A DNA stretch of 40,736 bases from a virus. Made by a program: the position numbers and the translations under genes. The notes below the pieces were generated by a model. The model had not been told where the DNA came from and did no database searches. It saw nothing but the letters and a program-made list of their open reading frames with translations. Location: the UHGV virus genome UHGV-2023338. The stretch is one strand, 5' to 3'. This document shows positions 1 through 9,081 of the stretch, in pieces (position 1 is the first letter of the stretch; the number at the start of each line of letters is the position of its first letter).

Positions 1-516
1 ATGAAATTTAAAAAATGTCTTCTGCCTGTGGCAATGTTAGCGTCATTCACTCTGGCAGGATGCCAGTCAAATGCTGACGATCATGCCGCCGATGTTTATC
101 AAACCGATCAACTGAATACCAAACAAGAAACTAAAACCGTTAATATTATTTCCATTCTTCCCGCAAAAGTTGCCGTAGACAACTCCCAAAATAAACGGAA
201 CGCACAAGCCTTCGGCGCGCTTATTGGCGCAGTCGCTGGCGGTGTTATCGGCCACAACGTCGGTTCTGGCAGCAATTCCGGAACGACGGCAGGGGCAGTT
301 GGCGGCGGAGCTGTAGGCGCGGCAGTGGGTTCTATGGTGAATGATAAAACCTTAGTGGAAGGTGTTTCTTTAACATATAAGGAAGGCACCAAAGTGTATA
401 CCTCTACCCAGGTGGGTAAAGAGTGCCAGTTTACGACAGGTTTAGCCGTTGTTATTACCACAACGTATAACGAAACGCGTATTCAGCCAAATACTAAATG
501 TCCTGAAAAGAGCTAA
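1..516 (+). CDS. Glycine-zipper outer-membrane lipoprotein (SlyB/YcfJ-like); probable host-flank gene
   Basis: Signal peptide with lipobox LAGC; Gly/Ala-rich stretch GALIGAVAGGVIGHNVGSG typical of glycine-zipper 17-kDa-antigen-type lipoproteins; opposite strand to adjacent phage lysis genes. Confidence 0.55.
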   Translation: MKFKKCLLPVAMLASFTLAGCQSNADDHAADVYQTDQLNTKQETKTVNIISILPAKVAVDNSQNKRNAQAFGALIGAVAGGVIGHNVGSGSNSGTTAGAVGGGAVGAAVGSMVNDKTLVEGVSLTYKEGTKVYTSTQVGKECQFTTGLAVVITTTYNETRIQPNTKCPEKS

Positions 517-531
517 TAATCAGGAGGAGTC

Positions 532-1071
532 ATGAAGAAAGTTTTTCTTTGCGCCATCTTGGCCTCCTTAAGCTATCCGGCTATCGCCTCATCATTGCAG
601 GATCAACTCTCTGCTGTAGCAGAAGCTGAACAGCAAGGTAAAAATGAAGAGCAAAGGCAGCATGACGAATGGGTCGCGGAGCGCAACAGGGAAATCCAGC
701 AAGAGAAGCAACGTCGCGCAAATGCCCAGGCCGCCGCTAACAAAAGAGCGGCAACGGCAGCGGCAAATAAGAAAGCTCGTCAGGATAAACTGGACGCCGA
801 AGCCTCTGCGGACAAAAAACGCGATCAAAGTTATGAAGATGAGCTACGCAGCTTAGAGATTCAGAAACAAAAACTGGCGCTGGCAAAAGAAGAAGCCCGC
901 GTTAAGCGAGAAAACGAATTTATCGATCAGGAACTGAAGCACAAAGCTGCGCAAACCGATGTGGTGCAATCTGAAGCTGACGCCAACAGAAATATGACTG
1001 AAGGCGGTCGCGATCTGATGAAAAGCGTGGGCAAAGCAGAAGAGAACAAATCGGACAGCTGGTTTAATTAA
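532..1071 (+). CDS. Secreted, highly charged coiled-coil protein of unknown function
   Basis: N-terminal signal peptide (MKKVFLCAILASLSYPAIA), K/E/R/A/Q-rich remainder; RBS AGGAGG 8 nt upstream; 16-nt spacing after previous gene. Confidence 0.5.
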   Translation: MKKVFLCAILASLSYPAIASSLQDQLSAVAEAEQQGKNEEQRQHDEWVAERNREIQQEKQRRANAQAAANKRAATAAANKKARQDKLDAEASADKKRDQSYEDELRSLEIQKQKLALAKEEARVKRENEFIDQELKHKAAQTDVVQSEADANRNMTEGGRDLMKSVGKAEENKSDSWFN

Positions 1072-1115
1072 TCGATGTTAGTAACTTCAAGCCTATGATT
1101 CTTGAAGATAAAAAA

Positions 1116-1144
1116 CCCTCTGTAGTAACAGAGGGTTTTGTTCA
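1116..1144. terminator. Rho-independent terminator (bidirectional candidate) between flank genes and phage lysis cassette
   Basis: AAAAA-CCCTCTG-tagtaa-CAGAGGG-TTTTGTT: 7-bp GC-rich stem flanked by A-run and T-run. Confidence 0.55.
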
Positions 1145-1257
1145 TTCATAGTGCAGGGATTAAAATCATTCCCACTCAATTATTTACGACAAACATAACC
1201 AATTGAGTGATAACAACTTTCTCATAACTTACTTCCACCGTACCGTTCTATATACCG

Positions 1258-1758
1258 TCACAGGTTAATGGTGCCCCGCTTTTTCAGTGCGTCATACTGC
1301 TGCTCACAGGACTCACCTGCAACCCTATATCGCTCAGCTTCTTCTGCTGTTGCGACGTAAGCTCGGTTGCTTTCTTCAAGCATGTCGGCGAGCACACTGA
1401 TGACCTTGCTGGCTGGCGTGCCAGTGGGGAAAGTTCCGGTATAGTGTTCGGCGATTCGCTTGATCTTGTCAAGTTCTGACTGCAGGCGGCCAGAAGAGGC
1501 AGCAGCAAAATCAGCATCAGCCCGCGCAGACTCAATACGGGATAGCGCATCACGTTCAATTTGTGTTTTCTCCTTATCTCGTTGTGCCCGGGCCTTATCA
1601 TCAGCCTGTTTCTGATCTGACTGCGCCTGCGCGTACCCGGCGTCATACTGCCGGTCACCATGGATATTCCAGGCAACAACGCAACTGATAACCAACGCAG
1701 CAAGCATCACGACAATAAGCAACTGTTTCCAGTATGCTTTCACGAATACCCAGATCAT
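1258..1758 (-). CDS. Rz-like i-spanin (inner-membrane spanin subunit)
   Basis: N-terminal TM helix followed by charged coiled-coil periplasmic domain; directly downstream of endolysin with ATGA overlap; contains embedded lipoprotein ORF. Confidence 0.6.
   Translation of the reverse strand: MIWVFVKAYWKQLLIVVMLAALVISCVVAWNIHGDRQYDAGYAQAQSDQKQADDKARAQRDKEKTQIERDALSRIESARADADFAAASSGRLQSELDKIKRIAEHYTGTFPTGTPASKVISVLADMLEESNRAYVATAEEAERYRVAGESCEQQYDALKKRGTINL
1284..1550 (-). CDS. Rz1-like o-spanin (outer-membrane lipoprotein) embedded in alternate frame of Rz
   Basis: Alternate-frame ORF entirely inside Rz; signal peptide [23 protein letters not shown] with lipobox LAAC, Pro/Ser-rich mature part; start chosen at internal Met of the 139-aa track ORF. 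Confidence 0.45.
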   Translation of the reverse strand: MRYPVLSLRGLMLILLLPLLAACSQNLTRSSESPNTIPELSPLARQPARSSVCSPTCLKKATELTSQQQKKLSDIGLQVSPVSSSMTH

Positions 1759-2381
1759 AAAAGCACCTTACTGGCGGTGATATACCGCGCGCGCCGGTCA
1801 TCGATGCCGTTCTGCCCACCATTAATGATCTGCGTGACGCGCACCATATCGCCGGTGTACTTCATACAGCCCTTGGTGGCGAAGAACCACGCCGCGCTGC
1901 GGGCCGCATATTCGTCCTGCGTCAACAGCTCAGGATTCTCCAGCAGGTCCACTTTTAGACCGTTTCCGCAGTCACGATAGTTATTCAAACCGGTAATCTG
2001 GATAAGCCCGCGCCCACGGTAAAACCAGCCGTCAGTCGGCCCGTTGTTCCCCATGCGCTTGCTATACACCAGATTGGCGATCGCACGCTGGCGCTCCAGC
2101 GGTAACGATGGCTCACCAGCACGACGGCCCAGCGCATTGGCCTGGCCCTGAGTGAGGCGCCCGGAACGGACGAATCCCGCCAGCCCGGTCACGCTGTAGT
2201 TGAAGTTCTCCTGCAGCCGGGTGAAGCCTCCAGACTCATGCCCGACCTGAGCAATAAACATTGCCTGATCTTCTGGTTTGCTGATACCAAACTCTTTCAT
2301 CGCAGAAGTTATATGCGAGAACCAGCGTGCGGCCAGCGCCTCGCTAATACCAGCAGCTCGCTGGAATTGTTTAATCTCCAT
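1755..2381 (-). CDS. Endolysin, glycoside hydrolase family 19 (chitinase-like) type
   Basis: Motifs [12 protein letters not shown] and [11 protein letters not shown] resemble GH19 catalytic core; sits between holin and spanin genes. Confidence 0.8.
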   Translation of the reverse strand: MEIKQFQRAAGISEALAARWFSHITSAMKEFGISKPEDQAMFIAQVGHESGGFTRLQENFNYSVTGLAGFVRSGRLTQGQANALGRRAGEPSLPLERQRAIANLVYSKRMGNNGPTDGWFYRGRGLIQITGLNNYRDCGNGLKVDLLENPELLTQDEYAARSAAWFFATKGCMKYTGDMVRVTQIINGGQNGIDDRRARYITASKVLL

Positions 2382-2679
2382 GTTTAGACCTCGTTATTTT
2401 GAAAATCTGAACGACGTTACCGCGAGTTTTAAGAACCGCAGCAAGCATGACAGCATTGATAATGACCTCAGATAAATCCACAGCCATTGGCGTGCGTAAC
2501 CAGATTGCATAGACGACACGAACAGGAATACTGGCCGCAGCAACAATAAGGAAATAAGCAAGCCACCCTCCCCACCTTCGATGTTGTGAACCGTTACGCC
2601 GGAATGTGACAACACGAATTGCTATGCCAGTACAAATAAGTGCATTGGTGATAAGCAAAACAAGCTCATTAGTTACCAT
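2371..2679 (-). CDS. Holin (three predicted TM segments)
   Basis: 102-aa protein with three hydrophobic helices and charged C-terminus, immediately upstream of endolysin (overlapping). Confidence 0.55.
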   Translation of the reverse strand: MVTNELVLLITNALICTGIAIRVVTFRRNGSQHRRWGGWLAYFLIVAAASIPVRVVYAIWLRTPMAVDLSEVIINAVMLAAVLKTRGNVVQIFKITRSKHGD

Positions 2680-3079
2680 CGCCTTTTCTCCCCGGAATTA
2701 ACTCGCGTGGATTATCGGAACGGTGATAGAGCCAGATGCCAATTCGAACTGCAACGATTGCTGACACGAATGCACCAGCAGAGAAAACAATCCCTTTCTC
2801 GAAAGAGTCCTGCGTGATGGTAGGGATCAGGCTGGCTACGCCGATAAGGATGGATGCAGTTGGTTTGTAGAAGAGAAGGCCGCAGAGAAAGCTGAGCATC
2901 GACAGGAGAACCCGGCGGCGGATCGGGTATTCGACAGCCGAGGTAACAAAGATTACCGCGCCTGCCAAAGACCCCAACGCCACTTCTGGCGGGACACCAG
3001 CGATTACCGCAGCGAGCGAACCCATACTAAGCCACTGATTTAAAGACTCACTTGTTAGCCCGGCTGACATAATGACCAC
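2669..3079 (-). CDS. Holin-like multi-TM membrane protein (holin/antiholin partner candidate)
   Basis: 136-aa hydrophobic protein with 3-4 TM segments, first gene of lysis cassette, overlaps next gene. Confidence 0.5.
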   Translation of the reverse strand: MVIMSAGLTSESLNQWLSMGSLAAVIAGVPPEVALGSLAGAVIFVTSAVEYPIRRRVLLSMLSFLCGLLFYKPTASILIGVASLIPTITQDSFEKGIVFSAGAFVSAIVAVRIGIWLYHRSDNPRELIPGRKGDGN

Positions 3080-3160
3080 CGTTTACTGTGCATAAAGAAC
3101 CTCCTTAGTTGGTTCTCATATCATACACAATAAACCATATGTGTTTTAATTTGGTAACAA

Positions 3161-3200
3161 ATGAAAAAGCCCTTTAGTGAAAAACATTCATTAAAGGGCT
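3161..3200 (-). terminator. Candidate intrinsic terminator after tail-fibre gene (minus strand)
   Basis: GCCCTTTA (3170-3177) pairs with TAAAGGGC (3193-3200), followed on minus strand by TTTTTCATT. Confidence 0.4.
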
Positions 3201-3210
3201 AGATATTTAC

Positions 3211-5955
3211 TTAACCTTTAGAAAAAACAGACAGTAACGGAAGTGTAAAAGTCGACACACCAGTATTCATCATGCAGGTTTTACCACCTGAGTATCCAGA
3301 TATGGTTTGCGAAACTGGACTTCCTGTTGTTGGGAAAATGGTGATTTCATCCCCCCCCTTCAATACTCTAACTTTGCCTGTAACATCAACCGATGAACTT
3401 GAAACAGACGTGAGAGATCCATTGGTCATTGTATAAAAGTTTATAGTTCCTGTTGCTGTTCTGCTTACACCACATCCTGATTTTTGCTTCTGTTTATAGT
3501 TAAACAATACCAGCAGGCCAACAGGCATTGACTCAAGCTCAACTGCTGTAGACTGGTAGGTCTTACTGCCGTTTCTCATGTCAGGAGCCTCATCATCTGG
3601 ATCAGAAAAATTATACCCAAGAGTTAAATCATTAACCGTGGCATTATTCCCTGTTATTCCTTTGACTTGATTAACACTTAACGGTATGTAATTAAACCCT
3701 GCAAAAAGCGGTGTTAACTTTTCTCTAAATAAAAGGCCTGGTGGGTATACTAACGAAGGTGTACCATCATATGTCACTGAGATAATATTAAGTCCCTTTT
3801 TAAGGGTTCCAATGCACGTTGTTTGTTTGCCTGTAAATGATGTTAGCCCATTGCTGGCAACTTTACCTGATAGATAAGAAGAGTTCCTGATGTCATTGAG
3901 AATGACATTGAACTGGTTAACACGATCTGATGAAGTATAAGTTGGGTTATATGGCTCAAATAATGTTACAGAGATATCGCTTGTATCACTCCATACAAAA
4001 TACCGACAAATAACATTTTCATTTGAAGGCGTAATCCTTCCCCATCCACCAAGTGCATCAAGATAATCACCTCCACTTAATATCGAAATTGATGGGTAGT
4101 ATCTGGTATTTGAAGGGTATCCAATACCAATAAATGAAAGTTGCGTAGTAGGGATTAGGTTCTTATTTTTTACAGCTGTATAAACGCGCTCTTTTAATAC
4201 CTCTTTTGCAGCATAAGCACCGATGTATGCATGTCCTATCGTTGATGGATGGCTCTGGTCAAAGACAGTACCGCCGTCACGTTTGGCAACATCAGATATA
4301 GAGTACGCGCCTATATCTGCATAAGCGTCAGTCGTGGCAATGGACAAATCCAAAAACTCGACCTTTGGGAAAAGGCGTTCGATACGCTTCTTAATGGCTG
4401 ACTCCAGGAAAGCCTTTGGCGCATCGTTATTGTTTACAGTAACAAAGCATATCGGACAACCATATCCCCATGATTTTCTAATCAACTTTTCAAACTCATG
4501 AAAATACGCTTCAAATCCTATTGTTGGAAGTATTCCATTGTCATTAAAACCAAGGCTTATAAAAAGAACATCAGGAGCTTTTTTTCCATACGCAGCATTC
4601 TGGAAAAATCCATAGTCGAAGTTTTCATAACCCCAACCTGTCGCAAGTGACTTGCCAGACGATCCGCAGTTATATGCTTTAAAAATATTATCCGTGCTGT
4701 CGGATAGCATATTGAGGCAATCAGTAAAAATTCTGAACCATGAATGCTTACCGCCATTTAAATTATGATTGTAGTTGGTAGAGTTAAGATTTCCATCGCT
4801 ACCAGTCGGGTTCGGGGTCCATCCTGAACTATAGGCTCCATCCGTTATAGAATCACCAATGATACCTACATGGCAATCTTCTACAGTTGATGGGTAACCC
4901 TGCTTATTTGCAAATTTAGCAATTGTTCCAAGAGCAGTAAAATCAGGGCCATTGTTAGATAGCCCAACATCAAAAACATGCTCATTACCCCATTTGTCTC
5001 TTGTGAGAATTTTACCTTCTCCAAGAAATTTAGTCACATCATCTGACGGTAAAAAATTACACCTGATGGTTACATCTTTTGGGATGTAAATCTGACCAGG
5101 GAAAGCATAAATTGCACTTCTGTTGTCAGTTGTCGTGTTAATAACGACATTTGGAACATAAAATATTGACGTTGCGTCAGTTCTATATTGTCCGTTAACA
5201 AGCTCAGATCTGAGAACCGCATCCCCAACACCTCTCCAAGCGCCAGGACCAACACCACCAGTAGTGGTAGGAGTTGATCCTGGAGGAACTACTTTGGGCA
5301 GTGGCCCGTCCCATCTGTAGTATTCGCCGTTGCTTTCCCAGAGAAGAACATCGTTAAGATAGATGATGGTATTACCCAACTCAAAAGATTTCTTCGTGTT
5401 ATAGCCATACAATCCATTTTCTAAGGTTTCAATAATGGTGCTAAGTATGGTACTAAATTTTGCATAAAGATCATCAGTATATTTTTTTGTAGCAGCATCT
5501 TGGGGAAGAGATGGATCACGAAGATTTCTAATATAATTTGAAAGCGCGTCATAAAAAATTGCTACGTCATTTGGCTTTCTTAAAGCCAACTTATCATTTC
5601 TTAATGATTGTTGAATGAGCATAGTAAGTTTATCAAACGCATCCTCATGTACCTCAGCGAAGAACTTACCCTGATTACGTAAATCCGTTTCCTGAGTAGC
5701 TGGTAGTTCTCGTGATATAGATATCTGATGACCGTTAGCCAACGCCTTCGAGAGAATTACATTACCGCCGTTATATCCTCCAGCCCCGGTAACTGTGTAA
5801 TCAGTATCAAGAGCCAGCACAGCGATATTTTCGTCAAGGTCAACCACCTGTACTACCAGATCAGATTTATTGAAAACCCTAAAGGTGTACGGAAATGATG
5901 TCGTAACGCCGTTACCTGTGTATTCGTTGTGGTCAACTTCGGTTGAGACCGTCAT
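3211..5955 (-). CDS. Tail fibre/tailspike with central SGNH (GDSL-type) hydrolase motif; candidate receptor-deacetylating esterase
   Basis: 914 aa; conserved phage tail-fibre N-terminal anchor (YTGNGVTTSFPYTF); HVGIIGDSITDG matches GDS(L) block I of SGNH esterases; AT-rich relative to neighbours; last virion gene before lysis genes. Confidence 0.8.
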   Translation of the reverse strand: MTVSTEVDHNEYTGNGVTTSFPYTFRVFNKSDLVVQVVDLDENIAVLALDTDYTVTGAGGYNGGNVILSKALANGHQISISRELPATQETDLRNQGKFFAEVHEDAFDKLTMLIQQSLRNDKLALRKPNDVAIFYDALSNYIRNLRDPSLPQDAATKKYTDDLYAKFSTILSTIIETLENGLYGYNTKKSFELGNTIIYLNDVLLWESNGEYYRWDGPLPKVVPPGSTPTTTGGVGPGAWRGVGDAVLRSELVNGQYRTDATSIFYVPNVVINTTTDNRSAIYAFPGQIYIPKDVTIRCNFLPSDDVTKFLGEGKILTRDKWGNEHVFDVGLSNNGPDFTALGTIAKFANKQGYPSTVEDCHVGIIGDSITDGAYSSGWTPNPTGSDGNLNSTNYNHNLNGGKHSWFRIFTDCLNMLSDSTDNIFKAYNCGSSGKSLATGWGYENFDYGFFQNAAYGKKAPDVLFISLGFNDNGILPTIGFEAYFHEFEKLIRKSWGYGCPICFVTVNNNDAPKAFLESAIKKRIERLFPKVEFLDLSIATTDAYADIGAYSISDVAKRDGGTVFDQSHPSTIGHAYIGAYAAKEVLKERVYTAVKNKNLIPTTQLSFIGIGYPSNTRYYPSISILSGGDYLDALGGWGRITPSNENVICRYFVWSDTSDISVTLFEPYNPTYTSSDRVNQFNVILNDIRNSSYLSGKVASNGLTSFTGKQTTCIGTLKKGLNIISVTYDGTPSLVYPPGLLFREKLTPLFAGFNYIPLSVNQVKGITGNNATVNDLTLGYNFSDPDDEAPDMRNGSKTYQSTAVELESMPVGLLVLFNYKQKQKSGCGVSRTATGTINFYTMTNGSLTSVSSSSVDVTGKVRVLKGGDEITIFPTTGSPVSQTISGYSGGKTCMMNTGVSTFTLPLLSVFSKG

Positions 5956-6059
5956 GTTAAATCTCCAGATAGTCGCAGCACCCGTTGCGCCGCATATCTG
6001 GTTATTCTATTACCAGAAAAACCATATATGGATATATAGCTCATGAATACGAACAGATA

Positions 6060-6074
6060 TTACCTTTCAGGTGA
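6060..6074. promoter_or_regulatory. Operator-like palindrome TTACCTTTCAGGTGA (14/15 match to TTACC-N5-GGTAA)
   Basis: Read directly from sequence; about 40 bp upstream of LexA box. Confidence 0.35.
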
Positions 6075-6111
6075 TTCGCAAAACGTGCTGGATAGCAAAC
6101 AAATTATTTGC

Positions 6112-6130
6112 TACTGTATATTTATACAGT
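6112..6130 (+). promoter_or_regulatory. LexA (SOS) box
   Basis: TACTGTATATTTATACAGT = CTGT-N8-ACAG with AT-rich spacer, near-identical to E. coli LexA consensus TACTGTATATATATACAGTA; 21 bp upstream of ATG at 6151; -35-like TTGCTA at 6108-6113. Confidence 0.7.
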
Positions 6131-6150
6131 TATTGCTTGGAGAAGATAAG

Positions 6151-6408
6151 ATGCAGCAGTATCACTATCCACTGGAAGACGGATTTACCGAAAGGATTCA
6201 CACGCCGGGAGGCGTCAGGTCACTGGTGGAGGGATCGCACTTGATGAAATTACTCCGGGCTCTCGATAAGGATGGATTTAATGTCGATGGCCCACTTGCC
6301 GAACTGACTGCACTGATTAACTACGTCACCAGCTCACAGATGTCTATGCAGGATCTGCAAACACATCTCGACTATTGTGCCGAACAATTACGAAAACAAA
6401 TCAGGTAA
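6151..6408 (+). CDS. Hypothetical 85-aa protein, SOS-box-associated moron (candidate antirepressor)
   Basis: Internal Met of track ORF 6043-6408 preceded by GGAG RBS; only plus-strand gene inside minus-strand virion operon; function inferred from context only. Confidence 0.45.
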   Translation: MQQYHYPLEDGFTERIHTPGGVRSLVEGSHLMKLLRALDKDGFNVDGPLAELTALINYVTSSQMSMQDLQTHLDYCAEQLRKQIR

Positions 6409-6431
6409 ATTTAAGGGCCGCGAAAGCGGCC

Positions 6432-6445
6432 TGTGACATGTCACA
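6432..6445. repeat. Perfect 14-bp palindrome TGTGACATGTCACA (copy 1 of 3)
   Basis: Directly read; immediately preceded by hairpin GGGCCGC-GAAA-GCGGCC (6415-6431). Confidence 0.8.
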
Positions 6446-6451
6446 CTCAAG

Positions 6452-6592
6452 CTATGACAAACCTATGTACCCTGCTACACCAGATAATATCAAAACAACT
6501 GCTACAGCAAATTCACCGTCTTCAATGATACATTTACGATTCATAACGCCAAGGGCAACAAGCACAAATACAACAAGAATAAAAGCAATCAT
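6452..6592 (-). CDS. Small hydrophobic ORF (46 aa), possible membrane peptide
   Basis: Hand translation MIAFILVVFVLVALGVMNRKCIIEDGEFAVAVVLILSGVAGYIGLS; AAGGA RBS 6 nt upstream; not in track (under 60 aa); could be spurious. Confidence 0.25.
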   Translation of the reverse strand: MIAFILVVFVLVALGVMNRKCIIEDGEFAVAVVLILSGVAGYIGLS

Positions 6593-6601
6593 TTCTCATC
6601 C

Positions 6602-9076
6602 TTATTGCGGAGTGACATCCTGTGGTCGCCACCAGTATGTCTGGTTAAACTCTTTCTTCGAACGTTGCTCCATTTTACGCAAATAGCCTGGTGAAAAATA
6701 CTCCTGCATCTGGTTAAAGATCATGTGATCAAGAGCTGCCTTCAAGTACCAGAGATTCGCACCTGGCATCAGCCCTTTCCCAAGTTTCACCAGATCACCA
6801 CCAGTCTGCTCGTTCTTCCCTTCCACAGCATTTAATGGTATGCCCTGAGCTATCTTCACTACGTCATCAACCAGGCCAGCTACCGGGCCAAGCATCGACG
6901 CCAGCGCGCCGCTTCCGTATCTAGTGTGATCTGACAATAAAAAGTCACCGTAAAGGCCAAGACCACCACCTTTCAGTAGAGCACCAAGCCAAAATTTAGC
7001 AGCATCTTCTCCTGTCATCTCGCGAGGATTACGACCAGACGCAAGGTCGTTAAGTTGCTGCGACAAAGCGCCAAGAATGGTCGTACTAGCAATAAACGTC
7101 GCAATATATGCCGCACGCCCACCAGCAGACGGCATACCCATAGCGCGTGACCAGTGACGCATAACCACCGAGATAGGGAACGATTTAAACAGGAAAACAC
7201 TTCTCGTTAATTCACCTTTCCATGTTCCACGCTGAATACCAGAACCGGTTATCAGTTGCTCACGTGCTCCCGGTGTAATAACAGCCATATCAACTTCTTC
7301 AGTTACGGCACCGAGCAGTTTACGCATTGCCTCAAATTTCACGCGTTCAGGCTCACCAAGATGTTTAACTGCTGAATCAGGGATACGCATAATGCTTTCC
7401 GGTGTCAGCATCGTATTATTACCGTTCCCCCAGTCCTCCTGTTGCGCCAGCTTCCATACGCTCCAGTCTGTGTCAGTAATCCCTTTGCTTTTCAGAATAC
7501 GAAAATCAGAGTCATCGAGGCTACGAAGGTCTGGTGTCCGTGACACTACTTCTCCCAGGCTTCCCATCATGGTTACGCCATAGGCGCGCTTGTGCGCATC
7601 TGACCATGCTGTAAGCCCACTGGCACGCATTACCGCCGTTGCCGCCCAACGAGACACTGACGGCCCCATATTATCCATCGCCCAGCGGTTAACGCTGCCA
7701 AGTAGAGATTCCATCGCCAGACCAGCGCGTCGCGCCCGCGCAAGCTCAGTACGGTTCGTTGGGTCCATAGCTTCAAGCTGGTTGCGGAATAACTGGTTCA
7801 TTGGAAGGTTGGTCACCTTCGCAGACAGATACATGGTTCCAAGATCAGAGAACGATGACAGCAACGCGGATCCGAGTCTGCTGGCAACCAGCCAGTTGCG
7901 GATATTGTCAGACCATTGCGCGATGTGCGGATTCGCTACAGGCTGTGTCTTTCCGGAAATAAAGTTGTACAGATTCTCTGTGTTGTTCGCCAGCCGCTCG
8001 ACTTTACCGGTTTTACTCGGGTTAGCTGTTGCCGTTTCTGCCTTAACCTGATCAAGAAGTGAGCGGAAAACATGATCGGGGTTTGGACCATATGTTTCCA
8101 CCAGAGAAATATCTTTACTGATACCTTCCAGGTGACCGACCATGATTTCCCATAGAGAGCGATCGCCATAAAGTTGTTGATATTGGAGATAGGAATCTGC
8201 ATCTTTGAAATGTATCTGTCGTGATGCATTACCACGGTTAGCACGTGCGCCGGAAATTCGCATTCCGGTATCAGTAAGCTTATTCAGCCCACCAGTAGCG
8301 ATCGTGTTATAAGCCTCTCCAAGAAATGCAGACAACTCGGCATCGTTCATCAGTTGTCCATCGGATCGGGTATAATATTTGCGATCCAGCTTACCTATAA
8401 CATCGCTAACCCACTTATCCTTTGATACCGCCCCAACCTTTTCCATAGAATGATGTTGAGGGATCCCCCAGTTTTCGAGATAGCCAATGTCCCCACCAGC
8501 ATCATTAAACCGGCGGCGCAGCAGCTCTGTAACTTCTCTCCACGCCTTAGCACCTTTTCTTGCTTTAGCATTGCCAGTATTTTGCCCCCGCATTTCATAT
8601 ACCAGGTCACGTACGCCCGCTTCATCTTCAAACAGACCAAAAAAGCGAGGATCAACTGCTTCAAATGCCTCCTGCAATTGACTCAATGCATAATCACGAG
8701 TGGCTTTTGTTCTGGATTCAACAGAGAGGAAATTCGATTTACCGTCTGCATTAAAAGCAATAGTACGGTTAAGAGCGCCAAGTTTCCCATCAGCCCCTTG
8801 ATAGCTATTGATAAATTTATCCAATCTCTGACGTGCGGCTATAGTGAGAGCCACACGACGTTTCTTTAATGCCGCTTCTCGCTGTAATTCTTCAGATGCC
8901 AATTGTGCTGCACGATACAACCGTTCTGATTCGGAAAGTTGTCGCCACGACATCGGGTCATCACGAGCAATGGAGCGCATATTTCGATAAATGCGGTCTT
9001 CAATGTTCTGTATTTCTCGCGCCGTTAACGTGCGCTGCGCCGCCTGCTGGACCGCTTGTATACATTCCTGTCTCAT
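6602..9076 (-). CDS. Large internal virion/ejection protein (T7 gp16-position)
   Basis: 824 aa, last of a run of large structural genes before tail fibre; position-based assignment. Confidence 0.6.
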   Translation of the reverse strand: MRQECIQAVQQAAQRTLTAREIQNIEDRIYRNMRSIARDDPMSWRQLSESERLYRAAQLASEELQREAALKKRRVALTIAARQRLDKFINSYQGADGKLGALNRTIAFNADGKSNFLSVESRTKATRDYALSQLQEAFEAVDPRFFGLFEDEAGVRDLVYEMRGQNTGNAKARKGAKAWREVTELLRRRFNDAGGDIGYLENWGIPQHHSMEKVGAVSKDKWVSDVIGKLDRKYYTRSDGQLMNDAELSAFLGEAYNTIATGGLNKLTDTGMRISGARANRGNASRQIHFKDADSYLQYQQLYGDRSLWEIMVGHLEGISKDISLVETYGPNPDHVFRSLLDQVKAETATANPSKTGKVERLANNTENLYNFISGKTQPVANPHIAQWSDNIRNWLVASRLGSALLSSFSDLGTMYLSAKVTNLPMNQLFRNQLEAMDPTNRTELARARRAGLAMESLLGSVNRWAMDNMGPSVSRWAATAVMRASGLTAWSDAHKRAYGVTMMGSLGEVVSRTPDLRSLDDSDFRILKSKGITDTDWSVWKLAQQEDWGNGNNTMLTPESIMRIPDSAVKHLGEPERVKFEAMRKLLGAVTEEVDMAVITPGAREQLITGSGIQRGTWKGELTRSVFLFKSFPISVVMRHWSRAMGMPSAGGRAAYIATFIASTTILGALSQQLNDLASGRNPREMTGEDAAKFWLGALLKGGGLGLYGDFLLSDHTRYGSGALASMLGPVAGLVDDVVKIAQGIPLNAVEGKNEQTGGDLVKLGKGLMPGANLWYLKAALDHMIFNQMQEYFSPGYLRKMEQRSKKEFNQTYWWRPQDVTPQ

Positions 9077-9081
9077 TTAAT

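Noticed and set aside
1660-1980. Plus-strand 106-aa ORF across Rz/endolysin junction
   Set aside because: Antisense to two well-supported lysis genes
6375-6686. Plus-strand 103-aa ORF spanning palindrome and small minus ORF
   Set aside because: Overlaps regulatory palindrome, hairpin and end of large minus-strand gene; Thr/Ser-rich low-complexity product
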